Positions 18,234-26,014 of a stretch of 27,274 nt of DNA are shown one piece after another. This DNA comes from Verrucomicrobiota bacterium. GTDB lineage: Bacteria; Verrucomicrobiota; Verrucomicrobiia; Limisphaerales; Palsa-1400. The DNA is taken from the NCBI GenBank assembly GCA_049510745.1, contig JBEKYR010000059.1, forward strand, positions 1 through 27,274, read 5' to 3'. Each line of letters begins with the position of its first letter. Positions within the stretch are counted from its first letter, which is position 1. Under the pieces are notes generated by a model. It was given only the letters and a program-made list of their open reading frames with translations. It had not been told where the DNA came from and searched no databases. The position numbers and the translations under genes are program-made.

Positions 18234-18235
18234 GG
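18148..18235 (-). repeat. 88-bp direct repeat (batA-like 5' end), partner at 21597-21684
   Basis: 82/88 identical by manual alignment. Confidence 0.92.
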
Positions 18236-18310
18236 TCCCCGCAGTTCGAGGTTCCGGCTGGCCATCAGCGCCTTGGGATCGACAAATCCCGTCTCGATGG
18301 ATGAATTCAC
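18230..18310 (-). pseudogene. Internally deleted copy of the DUF58 gene (26-aa mini-ORF) ending in an ATGA overlap with the BatA gene
   Basis: 18238-18309 matches 22545-22616 at 69/72; reads VNSSIETGFVDPKALMASRNLELRGP*. Confidence 0.85.
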
Positions 18311-18318
18311 CCGGAATA

Positions 18319-18358
18319 AATACCCCTGTTTCAGGCCTGAATCAACGGGCAATCCGGC
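18319..18358 (-). promoter_or_regulatory. Copy of the moxR upstream/promoter region
   Basis: 33/40 identical to 23688-23727; TTGATT-N17-TATTTA with an internal palindrome TTCAGGCCTGAA. Confidence 0.7.
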
Positions 18359-18472
18359 CCGCGGCGTTATTGAGGGACGCTCTTTGGGAGTTGTGTTCAC
18401 TGAATGCAGGGATATCTTGAGACGTTTGAATTTCTTTTCGACAGAAAAGCAGAATGTTTGGATGTGACCCCG

Positions 18473-18787
18473 ATGGCCCTTGGCGTCGAAATGGACCGGT
18501 TAAGTTTCAAGGGCACCGTCGATGCGGTGCGCCAATACACGCCGGCTATCCACAAGGCTCGTTCCAAGGCCCAGCGCCAGCAAATCTGCAATGAATTGCT
18601 GCGGACGATCGTGCGAGACCTGGTGCCCTTGCGGCCCCATCGCCAGGAGCCACGCGCCGTCAAACGCCGTCCTAAAGCCTACCAACTGCTCAATAAACCG
18701 CGGCACAAATTCAAAGAGGTTTCCCATCGCTGCCGCTACTACAATAAAAACAAGCTCAAAAACCATGACCTTATCTAAGCGCCATTC
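18473..18787 (+). pseudogene. IS4-family transposase 3' fragment with right-end terminal repeat
   Basis: RLSFKGT...RPHRQEPRAVKRRPKAY is a typical IS4 C-terminus. The end motif CTAAGCGCCATTC lies at 18775-18787. The 5' part is lost at the inverted repeat. Confidence 0.8.
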
Positions 18788-18903
18788 AGGACTGACATTT
18801 GCAACGCGCACGTGATCCCGACCGCCACCGCCAGCGCCATCCAAGCGCAAGCCGTTCTCATGTTCTTCTTCGTAGAGCGATGACGCATCAAGGTTCAAAC
18901 GGT

Positions 18904-21246
18904 CTACTGCTTGACGCGGAAGAACGCCGCCGTTGCCGTGGTATTTGTGGTGTAGGGACTGGTGGCTCCCAAAACATCAATCCATGGTCCAGTGACATCC
19001 GGGGCGGTTTGCAACGTGGCTGAGCCACTCCATTGCAAGGTGAGGCTGCCCGGACTTGTCTGGGTCAAGGCCAGAGTCGGAAACGTGAACGGGAAGATAT
19101 TGGCAGCCGACACCAGCACATTGGAAAGGCCGGCGGCCTCGATTAATACGTAGCTCACCTGGAAGGCGCAGGTCCCGCCGCTGTCGGATATCTCCAAACC
19201 GGCGTATCCTTGGACGCTGAAGCCGAACTCATTCCCACTCGAAGTGTAATCCCACGTCACTTGCCAATCCGCAGGCTCCGGTGTCGCCCCGTCCGCCGGC
19301 CAGACTTTGGCGAATGCCGTATTGTCCACTTGGCTCAGGCGCAGCCAATACCATGTGTTCAACGCCCACTCATAAGGCTCAGCAGGCCCCCAAGCGATAT
19401 CGTCCTCCAGTAACGCCAGACCCGCTCCCGAGAGGCCTGGGAGCCCGTTGCCCAACATCCAGTCAATAGCCCACGCGTCGCTGTCTTGCGCCGCGACGCA
19501 AACTCCCGGCCGAGCGTAGTCGTTGTCCGGATACGAAGTCACCATGATGCGCGCCAGCACTTCCTGATTGGTGCTGTTGTAGGGCGTAGGTGGAGCGTAA
19601 ACCAAATGCACGGGATCATAGCCGTCGGCAGCCGGCGGCGAGCCAATATAAAGATTGTCATTGGATTGCACGACAAGCGACGACAGATCGCCGGGGGGAG
19701 GAGAGATCAAGACCCCGCCGCTGCCAGCGTAGATGACCCAATTGGTGTTCATTGTTGCTTCCGTGAAGCTGTCCTGGAAGCCGCTCACAACCTGGCCGTA
19801 TTCGTATGGAACCTGCACCGTGAAGTCAATGGCGGCCTGGGTGTTGGCAGCCAGGGGCGCTCCGAAAGTGCTTTGCACCCCGTTGATGGTAAGGGTGTAA
19901 GAACCCCCCAGCGTCAGACCCGTCGTGGTCAGAATAAGGGCGCTGGTATTGACGCCTTGAGTCACGGCCGTTACCGACGCGCCGCTGTTAATGGCAAAAC
20001 CGGAAACGCCGGAGGGGACCGACACGGGTTCGGAGAATAGCAGAGTGACCTGATTGGTCTGGCCGAGAGTTTTCGCATAGATCATCAGCGTCGGCGAAGC
20101 CTGAACCGTCAAGACGGCGTTTGTGCTGATGACTTGCGCGCTCGGGGACGTGATCGAAACGACCACACGATAGGAAGTTCCATTGTCGCCACTGGTAAGA
20201 GTGGGTGTGGTGTAGGTGCTGGAGGTTGCTCCTGAGATATCGGTGAAATTGGAAGATCCCGAAGAGGCGATTTGCCACTGATAGTTCGGCGCGCTACCCA
20301 GACTTACGGCGGTGACGGAGAAACTGGCGGTCACACCAAGCCAACCGAGGGTGCTCACGGGCTGCTCGTTCAAATAGAGAGGATCCAAAACGGGATTGAC
20401 GGTGATACTGGGCAAGCCGGCGGCCTTCAAAAGGAAATAGTTCACTTCAAAATCGTCCACCCCGCCGCCTCCGCCGGCGGTGATTCCGGCCAAGCCGTTG
20501 GTGACACCTGTGCCTGTTGCCGCCGAAAGGTCATAGGCATCCATGTATTGCCAGTTTGTCGGTTCAGCCTCGGAGCCGTCGCCCAGCCAGACTTTGCCCC
20601 ACATGTTGTCGTAGGTTCCGCCTTGGGTGCTTAACCCGTCCAAGTGCAGCCGCATCCAATACCAAGTGTAGGGCTGCCAGGGAATGTCGGCGTTGGTATA
20701 GCCGGGGCCCCAGGCGATGCCGTCATAAAGGCTGCGAGCCTGTGGGCCATTGAGGTCATCTTCACGAATCGCCGCCGCATCATTAAGATTCATGAGCATC
20801 CAATTCACCCCGCAACCTGTATTCGTTATGCCATAAATAAGGCCTTCCCCGGGCGGCTCCGCTCCCACGACCTCTCCGGCGCGGCAGTAATTCGCGTCCT
20901 CGAGTGGCATGTCCAGGATTCTGATGCGAATGAGGACTTCCTGCGTGCTGCTGTCATAGCCGCCGCCGGGAATGTAAAGCAAATGGTTCTGCCCCGACCC
21001 GGGCAGTGAGGATGCAGCAAATGTTCCGACGGAGAGCACGTCATTGGTTTCAGAATATTGATAACCGCCGAAGCCGACCGCCACCCAGGCGGGATTAAGC
21101 GTGCTGTTGGTGAAGTTGTCTTGAAAGCCGTTGACCACGGTGCCGAAGTCAGACGGCATGTTCGTGTTTTGGGCCGCACCGTTGAATGGGATCAATCCGG
21201 CGGTGAGCAGCAACAGGAGCGTTAATTTGAATGCATAAGTGCGCAT
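18904..21246 (-). CDS. Secreted modular protein: two homologous beta-rich (lectin/glucanase-like?) domains flanking Ig-like domains, plus a C-terminal sorting-like tail
   Basis: Signal peptide from ATG 21246. Repeats PSDFGTVVNGFQDNF...QEVL.RI...WYWMRL...AAGL and PYEYGQVVSGFQDSF...QEVL.RI...WYWLRL...AAGL. Ig segment FSVTA...YQWQ...YRVVV. Tail LQWSG...LQTAP..TGPW...FFRV. Confidence 0.8.
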   Translation of the reverse strand: MRTYAFKLTLLLLLTAGLIPFNGAAQNTNMPSDFGTVVNGFQDNFTNSTLNPAWVAVGFGGYQYSETNDVLSVGTFAASSLPGSGQNHLLYIPGGGYDSSTQEVLIRIRILDMPLEDANYCRAGEVVGAEPPGEGLIYGITNTGCGVNWMLMNLNDAAAIREDDLNGPQARSLYDGIAWGPGYTNADIPWQPYTWYWMRLHLDGLSTQGGTYDNMWGKVWLGDGSEAEPTNWQYMDAYDLSAATGTGVTNGLAGITAGGGGGVDDFEVNYFLLKAAGLPSITVNPVLDPLYLNEQPVSTLGWLGVTASFSVTAVSLGSAPNYQWQIASSGSSNFTDISGATSSTYTTPTLTSGDNGTSYRVVVSITSPSAQVISTNAVLTVQASPTLMIYAKTLGQTNQVTLLFSEPVSVPSGVSGFAINSGASVTAVTQGVNTSALILTTTGLTLGGSYTLTINGVQSTFGAPLAANTQAAIDFTVQVPYEYGQVVSGFQDSFTEATMNTNWVIYAGSGGVLISPPPGDLSSLVVQSNDNLYIGSPPAADGYDPVHLVYAPPTPYNSTNQEVLARIMVTSYPDNDYARPGVCVAAQDSDAWAIDWMLGNGLPGLSGAGLALLEDDIAWGPAEPYEWALNTWYWLRLSQVDNTAFAKVWPADGATPEPADWQVTWDYTSSGNEFGFSVQGYAGLEISDSGGTCAFQVSYVLIEAAGLSNVLVSAANIFPFTFPTLALTQTSPGSLTLQWSGSATLQTAPDVTGPWIDVLGATSPYTTNTTATAAFFRVKQ

Positions 21247-21343
21247 AGGGTATTCCTTATATTTATGATGAGCAAGTTCATTTTCGTACGTTTTCACGTC
21301 GCCACGTCAAAATCGCCCAAAAGATGAGTGAATATTATTCCGT

Positions 21344-21373
21344 TAAATACACCATTTCTGACTTTTATGTCAA
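21344..21373 (-). promoter_or_regulatory. Putative sigma70 promoter of the cargo gene
   Basis: TTGACA-N18-TATTTA inside the IR-bounded segment. Confidence 0.55.
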
Positions 21374-21577
21374 CAGAAAAATCATTTTTTGGGTAATGCC
21401 TCAGTGATGGCGGGAAAAACGGACTTGGAAAGATTTTCCATTTTTTTGCTTGGGTCATTGGGGTCACATCTAAACATTCGACATTTGACATATCTCGCGG
21501 CTGGGTGCCGCGTCGGACGGCACGAATAGGGTGCAGGACACAGTGAAAGGTCTCCTCGGATTGGTTTTTGCGGTTGA

Positions 21578-21682
21578 CTATGGAGCCATTGACATTCGGG
21601 CCGGGCGGCGGATGAGATGAAACAAGACCGGTCCCGCCACCGCGAGCGCGCCCCACAGGAACCGTGGCGTGAGAAAGTTCAT
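21578..21682 (-). pseudogene. Truncated copy of the BatA-gene 5' end (34 aa)
   Basis: MNFLTPRFLWGALAVAGPVLFHLIRRPAR then diverges and stops; ATGA-coupled to the DUF58 stop. Confidence 0.85.
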
Positions 21683-22620
21683 GGCGAAGGCGCGCGTTGG
21701 GAACGGCGGCGCACCAGCCGGCCGCGGCGGCCACGGGCGCGGAGAAAGTCCAGCAACGCCAGGTCCAGGGGCCGGCCGGTCGTCACGCGGTAAAAGGCGA
21801 AGCCGAGCTTGCGGCAGACGGCATCGACGGCCTGGGTGTGGCTTTCGAGTTGGCGGCGGTATCCGGCCCGCGCGGCGTCCGGGTCGATGTAAAAATCCTG
21901 TTGACTTTCAACGTCGCGAAAGAGCATGGCGCGATGGAAGCCGAAGTCCAGTTCACTGGGATCGAGCACCTGGAAGACGACCACTTCGTGTCCGGCGGCG
22001 GCCAGCCGGGCCAGGGGCTGCTCCAAGGCATCGACGGGCGCGAGCAGATCGGAGAGCAGCACGATCAGCCCCCGTTTGCGGGCCAGTTCCGCCACGCGGC
22101 GGAGCGGTTCGGCCAGATCGGTGCGCGTTCCCGCCGCCTCGCGTTCCAGCGCCAGCATGATCTGGCGCAGATGCCCCTTCCGATGGCGCGGGGGAAAATA
22201 GTCGCGCACCCGTTCATCGAAGGTGAACAGGCCGACGGCGTCGCCCTGCTCATGGAGGAACCACGCCAGGGTGGCGGCGAAGGTGCGGGCGTAGTCCGAT
22301 TTGGAGTAAGCCAGGGAGCGGTAGGACATCGAGCGGCTTTGATCGACCAGCAAATGGCAGCGGAGATTGGTTTCGTCCTCGAACTTCTTGAGGTAAAAGC
22401 GGTCCGACCGCGCCAGCAAACGCCAGTCCAGATAGCGGGTGTCTTCGCCCGGCGAGTAAGGGCGGTACTCGGTGAATTCGACCGAAAACCCGTGATAGGG
22501 ACTGCGATGCAACCCATGCCAGAAACCTTCGACCACGACCCGCGCCCGCAGTTCGAGGTTGCGGATGGCCATCAGCGCCTTGGGATCGACAAATCCCGTG
22601 TCGATGGATGAATTCAACAC
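21679..22620 (-). CDS. DUF58 domain protein (MoxR-associated, vWA-like)
   Basis: GLHRSPYHGFSVEFTEYRPYSPGEDTRYLDW, KKFEDETN, DQSRSM, SDL. Start at GTG 22620 (or TTG 22617) just after the moxR stop. Confidence 0.92.
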   Translation of the reverse strand: MLNSSIDTGFVDPKALMAIRNLELRARVVVEGFWHGLHRSPYHGFSVEFTEYRPYSPGEDTRYLDWRLLARSDRFYLKKFEDETNLRCHLLVDQSRSMSYRSLAYSKSDYARTFAATLAWFLHEQGDAVGLFTFDERVRDYFPPRHRKGHLRQIMLALEREAAGTRTDLAEPLRRVAELARKRGLIVLLSDLLAPVDALEQPLARLAAAGHEVVVFQVLDPSELDFGFHRAMLFRDVESQQDFYIDPDAARAGYRRQLESHTQAVDAVCRKLGFAFYRVTTGRPLDLALLDFLRARGRRGRLVRRRSQRAPSP

Positions 22621-22621
22621 C

Positions 22622-23662
22622 TCACGACGCTCCCGGTTCGGCCACCGTTTCCAGCAGCCGGCGGATGACCGCCTCGACGTTCGTCCCCTCGGCCTCGGCC
22701 CGGTAATTGACCAGGATGCGGTGGCGCAAGACCGGGGCGGCCAGCGCGCGGATGTCCTCCGCCCCGGCATGGGTGCGGCCTTGCAGCAGGGCGCGGGCTT
22801 TGGCGCCCAGGACCAGGAATTGGCCGGCGCGCGTGCCGGCGCCCCAGCTTACCCAGTCGTTGACGAAGGCCGCCGCGCCCGGCTGCTGCGGGCGGGAAGC
22901 GGCTGTCAAACGAACGGCGTAGCGGAGGAGGTTTTGCGCGATCGGCACCTGCCGGACCAAATCGTTGAAGCGCAACACGTCGTCCCCGGTGAAGATCGGG
23001 GCAATCGGCGCGGGCCGCCGCTCGGTCGTTTGCTGGAGCACGGCCACTTCGTCGTTTTCCGAGAGGTAGTTGATGATGACATTGAACATGAAACGGTCCA
23101 ACTGGGCTTCGGGCAGCGGATAAGTGCCCTCCATCTCGATGGGGTTTTGGGTGGCGAGCACATAGAAAGGCTCCTCCAAAACGTGGCGGACGCCGCCGGC
23201 GGTGACTTGATGTTCCTGCATCGCCTCGAGCAACGCCGCCTGCGTCTTGGGCGGCGTGCGGTTGATTTCGTCGGCCAAAATCATGTTGGCGAAAACCGGG
23301 CCGCGCACGAAGACCATTTTCCTGCCCTCGCCGGTTTCCTGGAGGATTTCCGTGCCGGTGATGTCCGCCGGCATGAGGTCGGGGGTGAACTGGATGCGTT
23401 GGAATTTGAGGTGGAAAATCTGGGCGATGGATTTGACCAGCAGCGTTTTGGCCAGGCCGGGCGCGCCGGTGATCAGGCAATGTCCGCCAGCGAAGAGCGC
23501 GATGAGAATCTGCTCGATGACTTCCTTCTGGCCGACGATGGCCTTGCCCAATTCGGTTTGGATTCGGGCGCGGCTGGCGGCCAGTCGCTCGACGGCCTGG
23601 CGTTCTTCACGGAGGGTGGGGGAAACGGATGCCGGGGAATTGGTGCCGATGGGCGCGTTCAT
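22622..23662 (-). CDS. moxR: MoxR-family AAA+ ATPase
   Basis: Walker A GAPGLAKT, RIQFTPDLMPADITG, Walker B ILADEINR, ATQNPIEMEGTYPLPEAQLDRF. Confidence 0.96.
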   Translation of the reverse strand: MNAPIGTNSPASVSPTLREERQAVERLAASRARIQTELGKAIVGQKEVIEQILIALFAGGHCLITGAPGLAKTLLVKSIAQIFHLKFQRIQFTPDLMPADITGTEILQETGEGRKMVFVRGPVFANMILADEINRTPPKTQAALLEAMQEHQVTAGGVRHVLEEPFYVLATQNPIEMEGTYPLPEAQLDRFMFNVIINYLSENDEVAVLQQTTERRPAPIAPIFTGDDVLRFNDLVRQVPIAQNLLRYAVRLTAASRPQQPGAAAFVNDWVSWGAGTRAGQFLVLGAKARALLQGRTHAGAEDIRALAAPVLRHRILVNYRAEAEGTNVEAVIRRLLETVAEPGAS

Positions 23663-23687
23663 TTCGTATGTCGTTATTCTTTTTATC

Positions 23688-23727
23688 AATACGCCTGATT
23701 GAAGCCTGAATCAATGCGCAATGCGGC
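23688..23727 (-). promoter_or_regulatory. Putative promoter/operator of the MoxR operon
   Basis: TTGATT-N17-TATTGA with a TGATT-N8-AATCA dyad; conserved in the duplicate at 18319-18358. Confidence 0.55.
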
Positions 23728-23868
23728 TGCGGGCGGAGGCGCATCTCAATATGCGGACACCGGTCAGCGCGACTGGAGGGCCAGCCGCTATTGCGCAGTG
23801 CTCAGGAGGTTTTTCGTCACTGGTCGCCGTCGCCGGTTCCGGGTATTTTTTCGATTTTCATTTTTTGG

Positions 23869-23928
23869 CCCGATTTAGCCGGATTTACCCGGATTTGGCC
23901 GGATTTTTCCGAATTTGTCCGGGTTTTT
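23869..23928. repeat. 10-bp tandem repeat x6 (CCGGATTTNN)
   Basis: cccgatttag ccggatttac ccggatttgg ccggattttt ccgaatttgt ccgggttttt. Confidence 0.85.
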
Positions 23929-24442
23929 CGATTCGTTTTCCGGGTTGAATCCGGCATTTTTTGCCGCTTTTAGGGGTAGTTCCCGGTGCGGGCGACGCAT
24001 GGCGTCCGCGTTTGGACTCGTCCGGGACTGAGCTTTTGTGTCAAGTTTGTCACCTGCAAATGAGGGCGAATGGTGCATACGAGGGCGAACGTCCAAGGTT
24101 TGACTGGCTTGATCGGGGAGCCAATGGGACCAAGGCGACGAATGGGACGAATGGCTGATACGATGGGAGAGGTCTCCGAGCCACGGGCCGGTGTTGACCG
24201 GGCCGCACTGAGCACTTTGCCTGTTGCATGTATCATTCATGCTGGCTCGATTTAAGCACAGGTCTATCAAGACGAAAAACCTACGGAAGGAAAATTTTTA
24301 CAAAAAAAAGAGGGTTTGACCGCATCCTGCTTCGCTGAAGCCATGGAGGACGGGACAACTGGCAAACAGTGAGATGCGCCTTGCGGGCGGGATCGCCTAA
24401 ATTGCTCATTGCGGGCGAGGACTTGAAAGGTCATTCTGCGGT

Positions 24443-24616
24443 ATGGTTATCATTCACTTTGAAGATGCCGAAATGGAGAAAAGGGCGATGGATTTTCTGG
24501 CGGGCCGATATTCTTTCAAGACGTGGGCCAATGGTGACCTGATGTTGCCGGCGCCGGCGCTTGGGGAATTGGCCGCCCAAGGCATCGCTTTTTTCGGGGG
24601 CTCAAAGAACGGTTAA
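24443..24616 (+). CDS. Small hypothetical protein (57 aa), possibly a C-terminally truncated antitoxin-like ORF
   Basis: MVIIHFEDAEMEKRAMDFLAGRYSFKTWANGDLMLPAPALGELAAQGIAFFGGSKNG is protein-like in composition; below the ORF-track cutoff. Confidence 0.45.
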   Translation: MVIIHFEDAEMEKRAMDFLAGRYSFKTWANGDLMLPAPALGELAAQGIAFFGGSKNG

Positions 24617-25003
24617 AGCAACGATTCCGCCAGCTTGAGGTCTGGATGACCAGCCATCCGATCGATGTCCTATAAATGACGAGATTTCGAGCTTTGGTCA
24701 TGCGGGGCGATGTTGACCACGAAAGGCACGGAATACGCGAAAACGGGGTGGGAAATCGCAGCGAAAAGGCACAATTGTTTGAATTCGAGGGCTGATGCTC
24801 GGTCCCTATGATGGCTGCGGATTTTTTTGCCCGCGGAATGACGCCGAATCACGCAGAAAAAAATCCTTCATTTAGGGGCAGCCGGAGCAGGGAAACACAT
24901 GACGAAACGAGAAAGAGGGACAAAGCTATTCACATAGACAGTCATTCTCATGTCTTTGAGGCCCGCAGATCACATGGAATGACGCAGAAGATTGTCGGGG
25001 CTA

Positions 25004-26014
25004 TTAGGCAGATGCAAAGAAAAGCTCGTATTCCTTGTCGGCCACTTTCATGCGCGTAATGTATTTTGCACGCTGGTCTTCCCAGCGGCGGTCAATCCTG
25101 CGGCGCCTCAGCAGTTCTACGTAAAGCTCGCGCGCTAATAGGAAGACGATGCTAGCGACACTGAGCATGAGGTCGGTGTGTTGAAGGAATTCATGGCGGT
25201 TGGCACCGCACCGGCTTAGACATGTTTGGAGTATCTGGTGGAGGTCTGAGGCAGAGGCACCACGCCAAACCTCGAAAAGCTTCGAAAAGTTGAACGGTGG
25301 GTTGTGTAGTTGATACATGAAACCAGGACGGTAGTTTGCCCGGTTGCGGACCATGGAGGGCCACTGAAAACTGTCGTAGTAGGGGAAGAGGATCTGGCTG
25401 CAGACGGAATCGTAAAGGAGTGCTTCGGCGGCGGACTTGGTGAGCTGAGGATCCCGATTGAGTTGGTCGAGGGTACTAAGGGCCGATTTCCAGGTAGCTT
25501 CGTGGACTCTGTCAGTGTGGCTGATGGCGATCTCAGTGCGGGTCAGGGAAAGTTGCTTGGTGATTTCAAAACGGAACGCACCCTGGCCGGGCCGGGCCGT
25601 GGCTGAGGCTAATGTTTGGAGACGCTTGAGCTGCTCGGCTGTGAGGAAGACGATGGGCTGGCCGATCAGGCGCAGGAAAGCAGAAGCAGCGAAGAAGCCA
25701 AAGTAATAGGCAGTGACGATGGCCCAAGCTTGGCTGCGGAGGCGGGTGTCGTTGCGCAAGCAGACCATTTCCTGGAGGTGCTCCAGGCAGTGGTTCAAGA
25801 GGTTCTCGCACTCCGTCAGGACGACAGAGCCATAGTCGATGGGGTTGGTTTCGAGGGAAATCTCTCTTCGTGTGCAGGCAGTGACGAAGAAAACACCATT
25901 CTGAAGCCAGTCTCCTACGGTCCGACCGTCGCGGAACGACGCAACCGCCGAGTCCGGGATGGCGGTGAGCATCCGTGTCCTGAGGTTCGCAAAGATTGCG
26001 CCCTGGGCAATCAT
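25004..26014 (-). CDS. Hypothetical protein with HEPN-like motifs
   Basis: WAIVTAYYFGFFAASAFL resembles the HEPN YY-helix; also HEATW and RNRANY. ATGA-coupled to the DGQHR gene. Confidence 0.65.
   Translation of the reverse strand: MIAQGAIFANLRTRMLTAIPDSAVASFRDGRTVGDWLQNGVFFVTACTRREISLETNPIDYGSVVLTECENLLNHCLEHLQEMVCLRNDTRLRSQAWAIVTAYYFGFFAASAFLRLIGQPIVFLTAEQLKRLQTLASATARPGQGAFRFEITKQLSLTRTEIAISHTDRVHEATWKSALSTLDQLNRDPQLTKSAAEALLYDSVCSQILFPYYDSFQWPSMVRNRANYRPGFMYQLHNPPFNFSKLFEVWRGASASDLHQILQTCLSRCGANRHEFLQHTDLMLSVASIVFLLARELYVELLRRRRIDRRWEDQRAKYITRMKVADKEYELFFASA

Larger units (their letters stand above)
18452..21479. mobile_element. ~3-kb segment bounded by 28-bp inverted repeats (GGGYCATYGGGGTCACATCYAAACATTC)
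   Basis: 18452-18479 and 21452-21479 are reverse complements at 25/28. The composition is visibly less GC-rich than the operon. No intact recombinase inside. Confidence 0.65.

Noticed and set aside
18404..18778. Intact 124-aa gene or active transposase
   Set aside because: It is a chimera of inverted-repeat-derived sequence (ECLDVTPM) and an IS4 C-terminal fragment, with no DDE core.
21294..21734. 146-aa minus-strand ORF
   Set aside because: It crosses the batA stub, the inverted repeat and a promoter in a non-coding frame.
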